64,000 nucleotides of DNA from an uncultured Gammaproteobacteria bacterium. Lineage in GTDB: Bacteria > Patescibacteriota > Microgenomatia > Daviesbacterales > UBA10151. The stretch lies in NCBI GenBank assembly GCA_964523905.1, contig CAZFYQ010000005.1:10299-74298 (forward strand). The letters are read 5' to 3'. The translations under genes were made by a program, and so were the position numbers. Under the pieces are notes generated by a model. The model was not told where the DNA came from, did not search any database, and saw only the letters and a list, made by a program, of their open reading frames with translations. This document shows positions 1 to 9,928 of this stretch, piece by piece (the stretch's first letter is position 1; each line of letters begins with the position of its first letter).

Positions 1-802
1 ATTTGACAAAATAATCCGGGGTATCAATCATGCGCAGACGATCTACATCAGAGATAAAATTAGCAGTTTGGACACAAAGTAAGGCATCCTGCGCCTCAGC
101 ATCCTGCTTATCAATATAATGAAAGTCATTGGTGGCTACCAGAGGAATTCCTAGTTTTTGGGAAAATTCTTTTAGAGTTGCATGAGTTAAATCCTGTAAA
201 TCAGCTAGCCATTTGATGTCTCTTTTTATAGTGGGATCCTCAAACTTTTCCAGCTGAGCTCGATAAGGGTGAGATTGTACCTCCAGGTAAAAATTATCCG
301 GGCCAAATATATCCAGATAACTTTTTACTACTTCCTCGGCTTTTTCTTTACCAACAGTGTCCAAAGTTTTAATCAGCTCGCCAGAGGGACAGCCTGACAA
401 AGCAATTAAACCCTGGCCAAATTCTTTAAGCAAAGCTTTATCTACCCGCGGTTTGTAATAATAACCCTCGGTGTGAGCAATGGTCACCAGCTTCATCAGG
501 TTTAAATAACCCTGATAATCCTTGGCTAACACTGTTAAATGATAAGGCTCGTTGTCCAACTTGGCTTCTTTGTCTTTGTAAGAACGCTTGGCCACGTACA
601 TTTCTACTCCAATAATTGGTTTGATTCCCTCTGCCAAACAGGCTTTGTAAAATTCCATGGCCCCGTACATCACCCCGTGATCAGTAATAGCCATGGCCTC
701 CATACCAAGGTCTTTAGCTTTTTTAACCAGCTTTGGAATCTTAGATAAACCATCAAGAAGAGAATACTCAGTATGCGAATGAAGATGAACAAACTTACTC
801 AT
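1..802 (-). CDS. dnaE: DNA polymerase III subunit alpha, 5' part (runs off window start)
   Basis: Manual translation from CAT at 800-802 gives MSKFVHLHSHTEYSLLDGLSKI...ITDHGVMYG, the PHP-domain start of DnaE; not in the ORF track because it lacks a stop in the window. Confidence 0.95.
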   Translation of the reverse strand, partial: MSKFVHLHSHTEYSLLDGLSKIPKLVKKAKDLGMEAMAITDHGVMYGAMEFYKACLAEGIKPIIGVEMYVAKRSYKDKEAKLDNEPYHLTVLAKDYQGYLNLMKLVTIAHTEGYYYKPRVDKALLKEFGQGLIALSGCPSGELIKTLDTVGKEKAEEVVKSYLDIFGPDNFYLEVQSHPYRAQLEKFEDPTIKRDIKWLADLQDLTHATLKEFSQKLGIPLVATNDFHYIDKQDAEAQDALLCVQTANFISDVDRLRMIDTPDYFVK

Positions 803-932
803 GATCTGGACAAGATTCTTGCGGGGATAATTCTCACCGCGCCATCTCGAACGTATAGTTTACCACCGGTGTACAGAATCATTTCAAGAGGCAAATTTAA
901 TTTGTTGAACCCAAAATGGTATTATTAACATA

Positions 933-1514
933 ATGGAGCTTAAAAAAACTTTTTTAAAATCTATCTTGCCTATTATTTTGATTGGCATTTTAATCCTTGG
1001 TGGTTTATCTTTCTGGAAATATTTAAATGATGTTTGGAGTACTTACCAGGCTTTTAAGTACCCTTCACTTTTATCAGATAACTCCTCTTTAGGGATTAAT
1101 TTATCCGAAATAGACTCCATTCCTGCCATCTTCAATGCTATCCCAAAACAAGCATGCAGCAATATAAATGATAATAAAATTGCAGAATTAATTAGCACAA
1201 GTTCCAATTGGAAGGATTTTCCTTCTAAAGACTGCTTCGAGTGGAAAGTTTCTGATAAATTCAGCGTTTTAGATGTATGGTTATTTAATAAATCCACATT
1301 AATGGTAAAAGTATTTAATAGTAAGACAAATAGTTGGGACTATATTAAAGTTATAGAATCCAGATGGCCCGATTATCCTGGTTGGAGTTTTGCTGTTTCG
1401 TCGGTAGATAATAATGGCACTATATACCTGAAATATGGAGGTTATAAATATACCCTTTGGGGAGGCGATGGTACAAAAAATTATCGAATTACTTTTAGAA
1501 AATTAGAGGAGTAG
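933..1514 (+). CDS. hypothetical protein with N-terminal membrane anchor
   Basis: 193-aa ORF with one N-terminal hydrophobic helix; convergent with and overlapping the gatB 3' end. Confidence 0.7.
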   Translation: MELKKTFLKSILPIILIGILILGGLSFWKYLNDVWSTYQAFKYPSLLSDNSSLGINLSEIDSIPAIFNAIPKQACSNINDNKIAELISTSSNWKDFPSKDCFEWKVSDKFSVLDVWLFNKSTLMVKVFNSKTNSWDYIKVIESRWPDYPGWSFAVSSVDNNGTIYLKYGGYKYTLWGGDGTKNYRITFRKLEE

Positions 1515-2837
1515 TTTTTCCAAGATTTCTTTAACTTTTCCAGCATCGGCTTTTCCCTGGGTTTTTTTCATTACTCCACCAATTAAGGCTTGAATCGCCG
1601 GAAGCTTTCCAGCCTTGTAATCTTGTACTGATTTATCATTTTCGGCGATCACTTCTTTGGCAATTTTTTCCAATTCCCCTTCGTCAGTAATAACATTTGA
1701 TTTTTCCTCCTTAATGATTCTAATTATTTCTTCTGGTTCTATTCCTGTAAGTTGTTTTTTAAGAACTTGCTGATAATAACGAATGGCCGACATAGGATTT
1801 ATTTCTTGTTCTCTTGCTAAACTCAATGTTCTTATCACATGATCTGCATACTCTCTATCTTCTGACAAAGTTTTAGCTATCATTTCTGGTACCCCTAATT
1901 CAATTAGCCTTTTCTCTTTATCTGCAGCTAGCTCTGGGATTTCTGATTTAATCTTTTCAATCTGATCTTTTGTAGTTCTAATTGGAGGAATGTCAGGCTC
2001 TGGAAAATACCGATAATCATGTGCTTCTTCTTTAGACCTTTGAGAAATAGTGGCATTTTTGGTTTCATTCCAGCCCCTGGTTTCCTGGGCCGGAGTTTCT
2101 CCTTTATCCAGAATCTCAGTTTGTCTTTTTATTTCAAACTCAATCGCATTCTTCACAAATCGAAATGAGTTTATATTCTTTACTTCAACTTTGTAATTTG
2201 GTAATTTGAATTTGTTTGTATCTTGGGATTTGTCATTTGGAATTTCTCGAAGAGATATATTTGGTTCGAGTCTCATATCCCCTTTTTCCATATCTGCATT
2301 GGAAACTTCCAAATACCGCACAATCTGCTGCAGTTTTTTAAGATATTCCACTACATCCTCTGCCGAGTCAAAGTCCGGCTCTGTTACTATCTCAACCAGT
2401 GGTACACCTGAGCGGTTAAAGTCAATTAAAGATTCATTACCAGAATGAGTTAATTTCCCAGTATCTTCTTCCATATGAACTCGGGTAATCCCGATTTTTT
2501 TGCCACTACTTAAAGTAATTTCGCCTTTATATCCAAACGGCTGATCATATTGAGAAATCTGATAGCCTTTAGATAAATCCGGATAAAAATAATTTTTACG
2601 ATCAAATTTGGAAAATTCATTGATCTGACAATTTAGCGCCAGGCCAATTTTAACGCACCATTCAATAGCCAGTTTATTAGGAACCGGCAAAGCACCTGGC
2701 AGCCCCAAACATACCGGGCAAGTATGACTATTAGGCGCTTTACCAAAATAATCTGCCGAGCAGGAACAAAACATTTTTGATTTTGTCTTAAGTTCTACAT
2801 GCACCTCTAGGCCAATAATTGGTTCGTATTTTTTCAT
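1503..2837 (-). CDS. gatB: Asp/Glu-tRNA amidotransferase subunit B
   Basis: IGLEVHVEL, FDRKNYFYPDL, HMEEDTGK, DYRYFPEPD motifs; start moved to MKKYEPIIG. Confidence 0.97.
   Translation of the reverse strand: MKKYEPIIGLEVHVELKTKSKMFCSCSADYFGKAPNSHTCPVCLGLPGALPVPNKLAIEWCVKIGLALNCQINEFSKFDRKNYFYPDLSKGYQISQYDQPFGYKGEITLSSGKKIGITRVHMEEDTGKLTHSGNESLIDFNRSGVPLVEIVTEPDFDSAEDVVEYLKKLQQIVRYLEVSNADMEKGDMRLEPNISLREIPNDKSQDTNKFKLPNYKVEVKNINSFRFVKNAIEFEIKRQTEILDKGETPAQETRGWNETKNATISQRSKEEAHDYRYFPEPDIPPIRTTKDQIEKIKSEIPELAADKEKRLIELGVPEMIAKTLSEDREYADHVIRTLSLAREQEINPMSAIRYYQQVLKKQLTGIEPEEIIRIIKEEKSNVITDEGELEKIAKEVIAENDKSVQDYKAGKLPAIQALIGGVMKKTQGKADAGKVKEILEKLLL
2192..2245 (-). repeat. degenerate ~7-bp tandem repeat in frame within gatB
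   Basis: Minus strand AAATTCC AAATGAC AAATCCC AAGATAC AAAC AAATTC AAATTACC AAATTAC, encoding EIPNDKSQDTNKFKLPNY. Confidence 0.55.
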
Positions 2838-2907
2838 AATGATGCTCCAGAACCAATTATAAGATACCCGAACGAAGTGAGGGGAGGTCTTATTACTGGT
2901 GTGTAAT

Positions 2908-3285
2908 TCATAAATTCCTCGCAAACTCATCTAAATAGTCTACAACTGTTGAAAATTCTTGACTCTTTTTCATATCTACTAAGTCTGAGTAAAATTTTCC
3001 TATTCTCTCTGCCTGTTCAGGTTCACTAAGGTCAGCTGTCCATGCTATCTCTCTAAAAGCACTAGCTCCTTCATCAGGAGTAATTCTGGTAAACACAGTG
3101 ACTATACCGCCTAGATTATCGTGTAATCTCCAAGCTCTCATTACTGACATCTTCGCTGCATCAAGCTGAATCCCAGGATCCTTTAAATCTATCTTCTCGT
3201 GCTTTGCTACTGGATTCTCAATTCTCCCAAAAAGTTCTCGCACAAAATCCTCTTCAAAGTAACCTCCATTTTCCTGGCTTCTCAT
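2908..3285 (-). CDS. hypothetical protein between gatA and gatB
   Basis: 125-aa ORF whose start overlaps the gatA stop; no recognisable motif. Confidence 0.7.
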   Translation of the reverse strand: MRSQENGGYFEEDFVRELFGRIENPVAKHEKIDLKDPGIQLDAAKMSVMRAWRLHDNLGGIVTVFTRITPDEGASAFREIAWTADLSEPEQAERIGKFYSDLVDMKKSQEFSTVVDYLDEFARNL

Positions 3286-4706
3286 AATTTTGGCTTTTCC
3301 TTTCTCCAGCTAGTTTCTTTTTCATATTGATACCCCACATTCAAAATCAGAGCCTCGGAAAATTGTGGGCCAATAATTTGCATACCAACCGGCAATCCAA
3401 TTTCATCAAAACCACAAGGCATGTTAATAGCTGGAAGGCCTGCAATAGCGGAGGGCTCTACTAAAACATCAGACATCTCCCCGAACATTGGGCTACTATT
3501 GAAGGCACCTACTTGTAATGCCGTAGATGGGGATGCTGCAGCAATTATTAAATCAACCTCCTTAAAAGCCCGTTTAAAATCTTCTACTATTAAAGTTCTG
3601 ACTTGTTGAGCCTTATTGTAATACTGGTCATAATAACCTGCGGAAAGCGCATAAGTTCCTAGCATAATCCTTCGCTTAGCTTCAGAGCCAAAAAAGGATC
3701 GATCATTGCCAAAACGGATGCCGTCATACCTGGCTAAATTAGAAGAAACTTCTGCTCTTTGTAAAATTGTATAAACAGCTATTGAAAACTTAGGATGAAA
3801 TAAGCTAATTTTCTTTATCTTGGCGCCCATTTTTTCTAATTGCTTGATCCCCTCTTCTACTCTTTCTCTGACTTTAGGATCAACAATCATATTCATATAT
3901 TCGTCTGATACTCCAATAGTTAGACCAGCTATTTTATTTCCCAGATTCATTAAATAATCCTCCGGCTCTTTTGGAGAAGAAGTAGCATCTTTGGGATCCA
4001 TCCCGGCCAGCACCTGCAACATCAAAGCGGCATCTTCCACGGTTTTGGTAATTGGCCCGGGGCTATCCAAAGAAGAAGCCATGGCAATTACTCCATATCT
4101 ACTGACTCGCCCATAGGTCGGCTTCAGTCCCACTACTCCACACCAAGCCGCTGGCTGACGGATAGACCCGGCTGTTTCAGAGCCTATGGCAGCTACAGCC
4201 TCATCTGCAGCAATGGATGCAGCAGCTCCACCGGAAGACCCACCTGGCAAATGTTCAATGTTCCAGGGATTTTTAGTTGCTCCAAAATCTGATGTTTCAG
4301 TGGAAGAGCCATGTGCCCAGGCATCTAAATTTGTCTTACCAACCATTACCATCCCGGCTGCTTTTAATTTTGCCACAACGGTTGCATCATAGGGAGGGAT
4401 AAACCCCTCCAGGACTTTGCTGGAAGCAGTTGTCTGCACACCCTCGGTACAAAAATTATCTTTGATAGAAAGCGGAATTCCTAAGAGCGGTTGATCCTGC
4501 AAGGCGTTGCCTTGGGTGCGTAACTCATCAGCTTTTCCAGCTTGTTCTAGGGCTTTTTCTTTAGTAACAGTAACAAAGGCATTTATTTTCCCTTCAACTT
4601 CCTCAATTCGTTCCAAAACTGCGTTGGTTAAATCCACAGAAGTAAAATCTTTATTCTTTAAGCCTTCTTTGGCTTCTTTAATTGTTAATTCATTTAATTT
4701 ATTCAT
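3282..4706 (-). CDS. gatA: Asp/Glu-tRNA amidotransferase subunit A
   Basis: Amidase signature PGGSSGG...GSETAGSIRQPA, SSNLARYDG, RRIMLGTY. Confidence 0.97.
   Translation of the reverse strand: MNKLNELTIKEAKEGLKNKDFTSVDLTNAVLERIEEVEGKINAFVTVTKEKALEQAGKADELRTQGNALQDQPLLGIPLSIKDNFCTEGVQTTASSKVLEGFIPPYDATVVAKLKAAGMVMVGKTNLDAWAHGSSTETSDFGATKNPWNIEHLPGGSSGGAAASIAADEAVAAIGSETAGSIRQPAAWCGVVGLKPTYGRVSRYGVIAMASSLDSPGPITKTVEDAALMLQVLAGMDPKDATSSPKEPEDYLMNLGNKIAGLTIGVSDEYMNMIVDPKVRERVEEGIKQLEKMGAKIKKISLFHPKFSIAVYTILQRAEVSSNLARYDGIRFGNDRSFFGSEAKRRIMLGTYALSAGYYDQYYNKAQQVRTLIVEDFKRAFKEVDLIIAAASPSTALQVGAFNSSPMFGEMSDVLVEPSAIAGLPAINMPCGFDEIGLPVGMQIIGPQFSEALILNVGYQYEKETSWRKEKPKL
4499..4515. repeat. 17-bp hairpin repeat GCAAGGCGTTGCCTTGG inside gatA
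   Basis: CAAGGC-GTT-GCCTTG stem-loop; identical 17-mer at 11763-11779. Confidence 0.65.
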
Positions 4707-4707
4707 A

Positions 4708-4735
4708 TGGATCCCTGATCAAGTCCGGGATGACA
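4708..4735. repeat. GTCA/TGAC-tagged palindromic repeat filling the gatC-gatA spacer
   Basis: Reverse complement TGTCATCCCGGACTTGATCAGGGATCCA; ATCCC/GGGAT stem; same terminal tag as 17440, 18854 and 46010. Confidence 0.75.
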
Positions 4736-4737
4736 GG

Positions 4738-5028
4738 CTACTGCTCAAGAATCACTTTCACTACGAAAAATCCGTCTTTTTTTGATTTAGCATTTGATAA
4801 AGCTTGATCTTGAGTTAAGGAATCCGCGGCTACATCTTCTCTTTCCACATTTTCCAAACCAGTTACCTGAGAGGTTGGCATAACTCCTTTGGTATCAATC
4901 TCATTTAGCTCCTGGACATAATTTAGGGTTTCGCTAAGCTCGCTTTCCAGTTTTGACGTTTCTTCATCAGTTAAGGGTAGGCTGGCTAATTTGGCAACAT
5001 GTTTAACATCATCTCCTGTTAATTTCAT
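4738..5028 (-). CDS. gatC: Asp/Glu-tRNA amidotransferase subunit C
   Basis: VKHVAKLASL...VERED...GFFVVKVIL; upstream of gatA; TATAAT 6 nt before the ATG at 5028. Confidence 0.93.
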   Translation of the reverse strand: MKLTGDDVKHVAKLASLPLTDEETSKLESELSETLNYVQELNEIDTKGVMPTSQVTGLENVEREDVAADSLTQDQALSNAKSKKDGFFVVKVILEQ

Positions 5029-5035
5029 GGACTGA

Positions 5036-5368
5036 TTATATACCAAAACTTAACAAGTCAGAAAGCTTGGTTTTACTTTTTTGAATAGTGCCTTTAGGCA
5101 ACTCTAAAATCAGATTGTATTTGGGATTCCAGAAAAATACAGAGTTTGGTTTGACTACTGCCAGTTTTCTTACCTTATTTTGTTGATCTATTACTGTCAC
5201 ATCAATAGCCTCTTTCAATCCAAAAGTGTGGATACCGGAATTAATTTTAAACATCAGTGAGCGCGGATTGGTTTTTTTAAGCAGCCCCAAAGTTAAATCT
5301 TCCCAGGTTTTGGCTTCTTTTAAATCTTTGGCAATAATAGTTTTACGGGTGAGATTTTTAACAATCAC
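5036..5368 (-). CDS. DUF192-like protein
   Basis: GLL...SGIHTFGLKEAIDV...ILELPKG resembles the DUF192 pattern. Confidence 0.7.
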   Translation of the reverse strand: MIVKNLTRKTIIAKDLKEAKTWEDLTLGLLKKTNPRSLMFKINSGIHTFGLKEAIDVTVIDQQNKVRKLAVVKPNSVFFWNPKYNLILELPKGTIQKSKTKLSDLLSFGI

Positions 5369-5371
5369 TTT

Positions 5372-6301
5372 TTAAACTTTGCCTTCCATTTCCTGTAAGG
5401 CTTTTATCCTAACCGGAATTGGCGGATGGGTATTAAAAAGATTTGCCATAAAGCTAGCTGCATTCTGACCCTTGAATGGATTAACAATATATAAGTGCGC
5501 AGTCCCACGGTTGGCTACTTCCAAAGGCTCTTGATCAGCGGAAATTTTTTGTAAAGCTGAGATTAAACCTTGTGGATAACGGGTCAGTAACACTCCAGAG
5601 GCATCAGCTAAGAGTTCACGGCGCCGGGAAACTGCCAACTGGATTAAAGTAGCCACAATCGGGGCTAAGATGGCTGCAACTATAGCCAAAATCATAAATA
5701 GCTGATTCCCACCTTCTCTGTCATTATCACGACTACCTCCCCACCACATTGAACGCATAAAAAAATCAGACAACAGGGCAATAGTTCCCACCAAAACAGC
5801 CACCACTGCCATTAAAAGCGTGTCCCGGTTACCAACATGGGACAGTTCATGAGCAGCCACTCCTTCCAACTCCTGTTTATTTAATTTTTCTAAGATTCCA
5901 GAGGTAAAAGCAATTGAAGCATGTTTAGGATCTCTGCCTGTGGCAAAAGCATTCGGTGCAGAATCATTTATAACGTAGATCTTGGGAGTTGGCAGGCCTC
6001 CGGCAATGCCTAAGTTTTCCACAATTCTATATAATTCCTTGTTATCCTTTTCCGAAATTTGTTTGGCCTGAGAAACTCCTAACACAATTTTGTCTGACCA
6101 AAAATAGGAGACAAAATTCATGATGCCGGTAAAAATTAAAGCAAATCCAAAAATTCCCAACCCACCGACCTCTCCATAACCAAAACCACGGGCAATTATA
6201 TAAATTACTGCAATAGCAAAAACCGAGAATAAAAACATAATTACCCAAGTCTTGAAGATATTAGCTGAAACCTGATCCCAAGCAGTTTTAACAGTTGCCA
6301 T
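5372..6301 (-). CDS. htpX: M48 membrane zinc metalloprotease HtpX
   Basis: PNAFATG, AHELSH (HExxH), SRRRELLAD, THPP. Confidence 0.95.
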   Translation of the reverse strand: MATVKTAWDQVSANIFKTWVIMFLFSVFAIAVIYIIARGFGYGEVGGLGIFGFALIFTGIMNFVSYFWSDKIVLGVSQAKQISEKDNKELYRIVENLGIAGGLPTPKIYVINDSAPNAFATGRDPKHASIAFTSGILEKLNKQELEGVAAHELSHVGNRDTLLMAVVAVLVGTIALLSDFFMRSMWWGGSRDNDREGGNQLFMILAIVAAILAPIVATLIQLAVSRRRELLADASGVLLTRYPQGLISALQKISADQEPLEVANRGTAHLYIVNPFKGQNAASFMANLFNTHPPIPVRIKALQEMEGKV

Positions 6302-6318
6302 ATTTGCCTATTTTAGCA

Positions 6319-6726
6319 CTATTTGCGTTCAAACCAAAGCGGAGCTTTGCTGCCGGAACTCCCCGAATAGTCAAACAAAATCTCCTGGTTCTTTTTAATC
6401 TTTTTTATTGCCGTAAAAGTGATTACTTGCTCTTTTTTATTAATCTCATATTTGACATTGGGATTTTTGGAGTGGTTATATAAAGAGCCATATCCCAAAG
6501 CTAAAACCACATAGTCATCCATCCAGAAGTAGTATTCAAATAACAGATTCCATTTAGTATCCACAAAATCTTTGAAATCCAGAACTAGAATCGGAGCTAT
6601 CTCAATTATTTCCCCACTCCTGATATTTTCTGCGGCAAAAACTCCTCTGCCAGACACAAATTCTTTGTTTTCCGGGTCAAGAACTTTGGATGAGGAAATA
6701 TATAACTTCTTCGGAGGGGAAATCAA
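6319..6726 (-). CDS. SET-domain protein
   Basis: GRGVFA, YNHSKNPN, EILFDY SET motifs. Confidence 0.9.
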   Translation of the reverse strand: MISPPKKLYISSSKVLDPENKEFVSGRGVFAAENIRSGEIIEIAPILVLDFKDFVDTKWNLLFEYYFWMDDYVVLALGYGSLYNHSKNPNVKYEINKKEQVITFTAIKKIKKNQEILFDYSGSSGSKAPLWFERK

Positions 6727-7274
6727 AATTTTACTTGAATGTCTTTTTTCTCGTCATCACTAGCTGCAAAGAAAGCTTCTTTTTGGAAACCAAACCACTG
6801 ACCAATCATGGCTGAAGGGAATTGTTCCAAAGAATTATTTAAATCCAAAACATTGGTATTGTAAAATTGACGGGAAGCAGCCACTTTAGTTTCAGTGTCA
6901 GATAATTCATCTTGCAACTCTTTAAAATTATCCGAGGCTTTTAAATCAGGATAGGCTTCTGCCACTGCAAACAAGGACTTCAAAGCACCGGACAACTGGT
7001 CGTTAGCTTTGGCTTTGTCCTGTAAAGATCCGGCACTCATCAAAGCAGAGCGGGCTTTAGTGACATTTTCAAAAACGGATTTTTCATGTTTGGCATAACC
7101 TTTAACTGTTTCTACTAAATTAGGAATTAAAGAGGAGCGGCGTTTTAGTTGGACATCAATCTCAGACCAGGCTTCACGAACCCGGTTTCTCAGAGTAATC
7201 AGACCGTTATAAGTTAACAGCAACCAGCCGCCAATTAAAACTACCAAACCGATTACAATATATAGGGGATTCAT
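6723..7274 (-). CDS. lemA: LemA family protein
   Basis: AWSEIDVQLKRR, LIPNLVETVKGYA, AEAYPDLKA. Confidence 0.95.
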   Translation of the reverse strand: MNPLYIVIGLVVLIGGWLLLTYNGLITLRNRVREAWSEIDVQLKRRSSLIPNLVETVKGYAKHEKSVFENVTKARSALMSAGSLQDKAKANDQLSGALKSLFAVAEAYPDLKASDNFKELQDELSDTETKVAASRQFYNTNVLDLNNSLEQFPSAMIGQWFGFQKEAFFAASDDEKKDIQVKF

Positions 7275-7277
7275 TAA

Positions 7278-9026
7278 CTACAGTTTAAACCATTTGGCAA
7301 AATCTGTCCAGTTCCAGGTATTTACAATGTCCTTTTTTTCAGCCCAGCCCCGGCGGGCAACAGATACTCCATAAGGCATATTTTCCATTTGCGAAACTTC
7401 ATGAGCATCTGTATTAATTACAAATTTAACTCCATAGCCAAGTGCCATTTTCACCAAATCATCCCGCAAATCCAAACGGTCTGGATGCGCATTAATTTCC
7501 ATTAGCTTGTGATTTTTAGCTGCTAATTTAAAAACTGCTTCCCAATCCGCTTCTGATGAAGGACGCTCATTTAGCAGCCGATTAGTGGGATGGGAAATGA
7601 TATCAACATGAGGATTTTCTAAAGCTGCCAAAAGTCTTTTGGTAATTACATCTTTGCCGCCATGGTGTCCGGAGTGAATGCCGGCAATACAATAATCTAA
7701 AGTTTCTAGAGCCTGATCAGGCACGCTTAAACTACCGTCTCCCAGGATATCTATTTCGAGTCCATTAAGTACTCGAATACTATTTGTTTTCTTTTTTACC
7801 TCCTGAATAACTTTTGTCCTCATCTCTATTGCTTTAATCATTTGCTCTTTGCCCATAATGCCATGTCCGGGTGGATGATCAGATATTCCAATGAACTCAT
7901 AACCAAGTTGTTTAGCTTTTTTAATCATCTCTTCAATAGAATCAACACCAGGTCCATGAGAGGGATTAGGGATTGGATAATTAGTATGAATATGTAAATC
8001 ACCTTTGATATCTTTAAGTTCTACCAAGTTCGGCAGTTTATGCGCCAAGGCCGCTTCAATCTCACCAGTATCTTCCCGAATTTCCGGTGCCGGAGTATCC
8101 ATTTTCAGTAATTTATAAAACTCCTCTTCAGTTTTTGTAGGCACGATTTTGCCTGTTTTGGTGTTTTTCACTCCTTGCTCACTCAAGGATAATCCCTTAC
8201 TTAGCGCATAATTTCTCAGCTTAATATTATGATTTTTGCCTCCTGTAAAGTGTTGCAACAAAGCTCCATAACTTTCTGGAGGTCCGACTAATAAATCAAC
8301 ATGCAAACCACTCCCTAAGACTACTGTCGCTCCATATGTGCCTTTTTCTACAATCTGGGAAACCCCTGGCATTTTGGTAAAATATTCCAAAACTGAGGCT
8401 GGTTTTTTAGTAGAAACAGAAAAATCCAGGTCTCCAATGGTCACTACCTGCCTGCGAAGTGAACCTAAGGGGTCTACTTCTAATACATCTGGAGAGATTT
8501 TTAAATACTCAATGATTTTATTAGCCTGAACAGCTGCATAAGGAAGTAACATCCGGTTAGTTTTTTCAGATACCTGCTCTAAAGACACTAATAGCTTCTC
8601 AGCAATCTTTTCTGAGAAGCCTTTTTTAGCCAAGTTGCCAGATTTAATTTGCTTTTTTAAATCACCCAGCGAGCGTATTCCCAGGCTAACTAACTCCTGA
8701 GCAGTCTTCGGACCGATTCCGGGTATATCCAGGAGCTCAAATAGCACCTTTGGAATGCCTTTCTTTGCCCACTGGAACTGTTTAGCCTTACCAGTTCTGA
8801 ATAATTCATCTAAATGACCCTGTATTCCCTTGCCTAAACCAGGCACTAAATCCATCTTTCCTTCCTGCCAGAGATCTTTTATTTCCGAAGTAGAATGTTC
8901 AATAGAATCTGCTGCGTTTTCATAAGCCCGAATCTCAAAAACTACACTGGGCCCTTTTTTCTTAATCGAATAAGCTGCCGCAATTTCACGAAGGAGTTTT
9001 GCAATATAAGCATTGCTTGTTTGCAT
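7278..9026 (-). CDS. polX: DNA polymerase X with C-terminal PHP domain
   Basis: HhH IPGIGPKTA, GSLRR...GDLD, HFTG, PHP motifs GDLHIHT, SDH, HPT, DAH; start set at MQTSN after a TATATT box. Confidence 0.93.
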   Translation of the reverse strand: MQTSNAYIAKLLREIAAAYSIKKKGPSVVFEIRAYENAADSIEHSTSEIKDLWQEGKMDLVPGLGKGIQGHLDELFRTGKAKQFQWAKKGIPKVLFELLDIPGIGPKTAQELVSLGIRSLGDLKKQIKSGNLAKKGFSEKIAEKLLVSLEQVSEKTNRMLLPYAAVQANKIIEYLKISPDVLEVDPLGSLRRQVVTIGDLDFSVSTKKPASVLEYFTKMPGVSQIVEKGTYGATVVLGSGLHVDLLVGPPESYGALLQHFTGGKNHNIKLRNYALSKGLSLSEQGVKNTKTGKIVPTKTEEEFYKLLKMDTPAPEIREDTGEIEAALAHKLPNLVELKDIKGDLHIHTNYPIPNPSHGPGVDSIEEMIKKAKQLGYEFIGISDHPPGHGIMGKEQMIKAIEMRTKVIQEVKKKTNSIRVLNGLEIDILGDGSLSVPDQALETLDYCIAGIHSGHHGGKDVITKRLLAALENPHVDIISHPTNRLLNERPSSEADWEAVFKLAAKNHKLMEINAHPDRLDLRDDLVKMALGYGVKFVINTDAHEVSQMENMPYGVSVARRGWAEKKDIVNTWNWTDFAKWFKL

Positions 9027-9093
9027 GTAGTAAATATACCTTTTCGTTGAAATATACACAAGTATTATGTAAAATACTTTCTGGTGTTTATTA

Positions 9094-9166
9094 GGGGCCG
9101 TAACTCAACGGTTAGAGTGCCTCGTTGTCAACGAGGATGTTGCGGGTTCGAATCCCGTCGGTCCCG
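9094..9166 (+). tRNA. tRNA-Asp(GTC)
   Basis: Cloverleaf: GGGGCCG/CGGTCCC acceptor, CCTCG-TTGTCAA-CGAGG anticodon arm, GGTTCGAATCC; CCA not encoded. Confidence 0.95.
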
Positions 9167-9242
9167 CATTTACCTATTGACAATCAAATTGATTTAGTCT
9201 AAAAAGAAAAAGTAAAACTCCTGCCTATCCTGCTCCCAACTA

Positions 9243-9911
9243 ATGGCTACTAGAGGAAGACCAAAAAAAACTAATACTAAATCCAGCCCTGATTTCTTGG
9301 AAAAAATTTCCCGAGAAACGCAGTCCAATCAATCAAGACTGAGTATGATCTTGGGTGGGTTAATTATTTTAGTAATTGTGGTTTTAATCTTTAATTACTT
9401 TAACAAACCAAAAGCAGAACTAGGTCCTGCTCAACAAACTCAAGCTAATGCTCAACATGATGTCACGCCGGACAATCTTCCCGGTAAATACACTGTTAAA
9501 GATGGTGACACCTTGTTTACCATTGCCGATGCCTATTATAAAGATGGTTATCAATATCCAGTGATTGCTCAGACTAACAACATTGCAAACCCGGATCTTT
9601 TGGAAGCCGGACAGGTTTTAACAATTCCTAAATTACCGGCCTCAGCCATGCAAGAAAATCCTGGTCAAGATCAATCCAGCTTACCCCAAGAACAGGTCAC
9701 CACTGACAATAGCAATACTCCCAATAATGCAACCACCTGGGGACCAACCATCCAAGGTGACAGCTACACAGTAACTGCTGGTGATTGGCTTTCTACAATT
9801 GCCGGCCGGGCTTACGGAGATGTGATGTCTTATCAAAAAATTGCCGATGCCAATGGCATTACTGATCCTAATGTGATTGAAGTTGGCACCGTCTTAAAAA
9901 TTCCCCGCTAA
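9243..9911 (+). CDS. membrane-anchored protein with two LysM domains
   Basis: YTVKDGDTLFTIA...IANPDLLEAGQVLTIP and YTVTAGDWLSTIA...GTVLKIP, after a TM helix. Confidence 0.9.
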   Translation: MATRGRPKKTNTKSSPDFLEKISRETQSNQSRLSMILGGLIILVIVVLIFNYFNKPKAELGPAQQTQANAQHDVTPDNLPGKYTVKDGDTLFTIADAYYKDGYQYPVIAQTNNIANPDLLEAGQVLTIPKLPASAMQENPGQDQSSLPQEQVTTDNSNTPNNATTWGPTIQGDSYTVTAGDWLSTIAGRAYGDVMSYQKIADANGITDPNVIEVGTVLKIPR

Positions 9912-9928
9912 TTTGCTATAGTAGTTAA

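Noticed and set aside
799-892. Short minus-strand frame (..MILYTGGKLYVRDGAVRIIPARILSRS*) overlapping the dnaE start
   Set aside because: It could be a gene remnant but is too short to support
2858-2894. Imperfect hairpin with CCCGAACGAAGTGAGGG upstream of gatB
   Set aside because: It looks REP-like but is a single degenerate copy in the window
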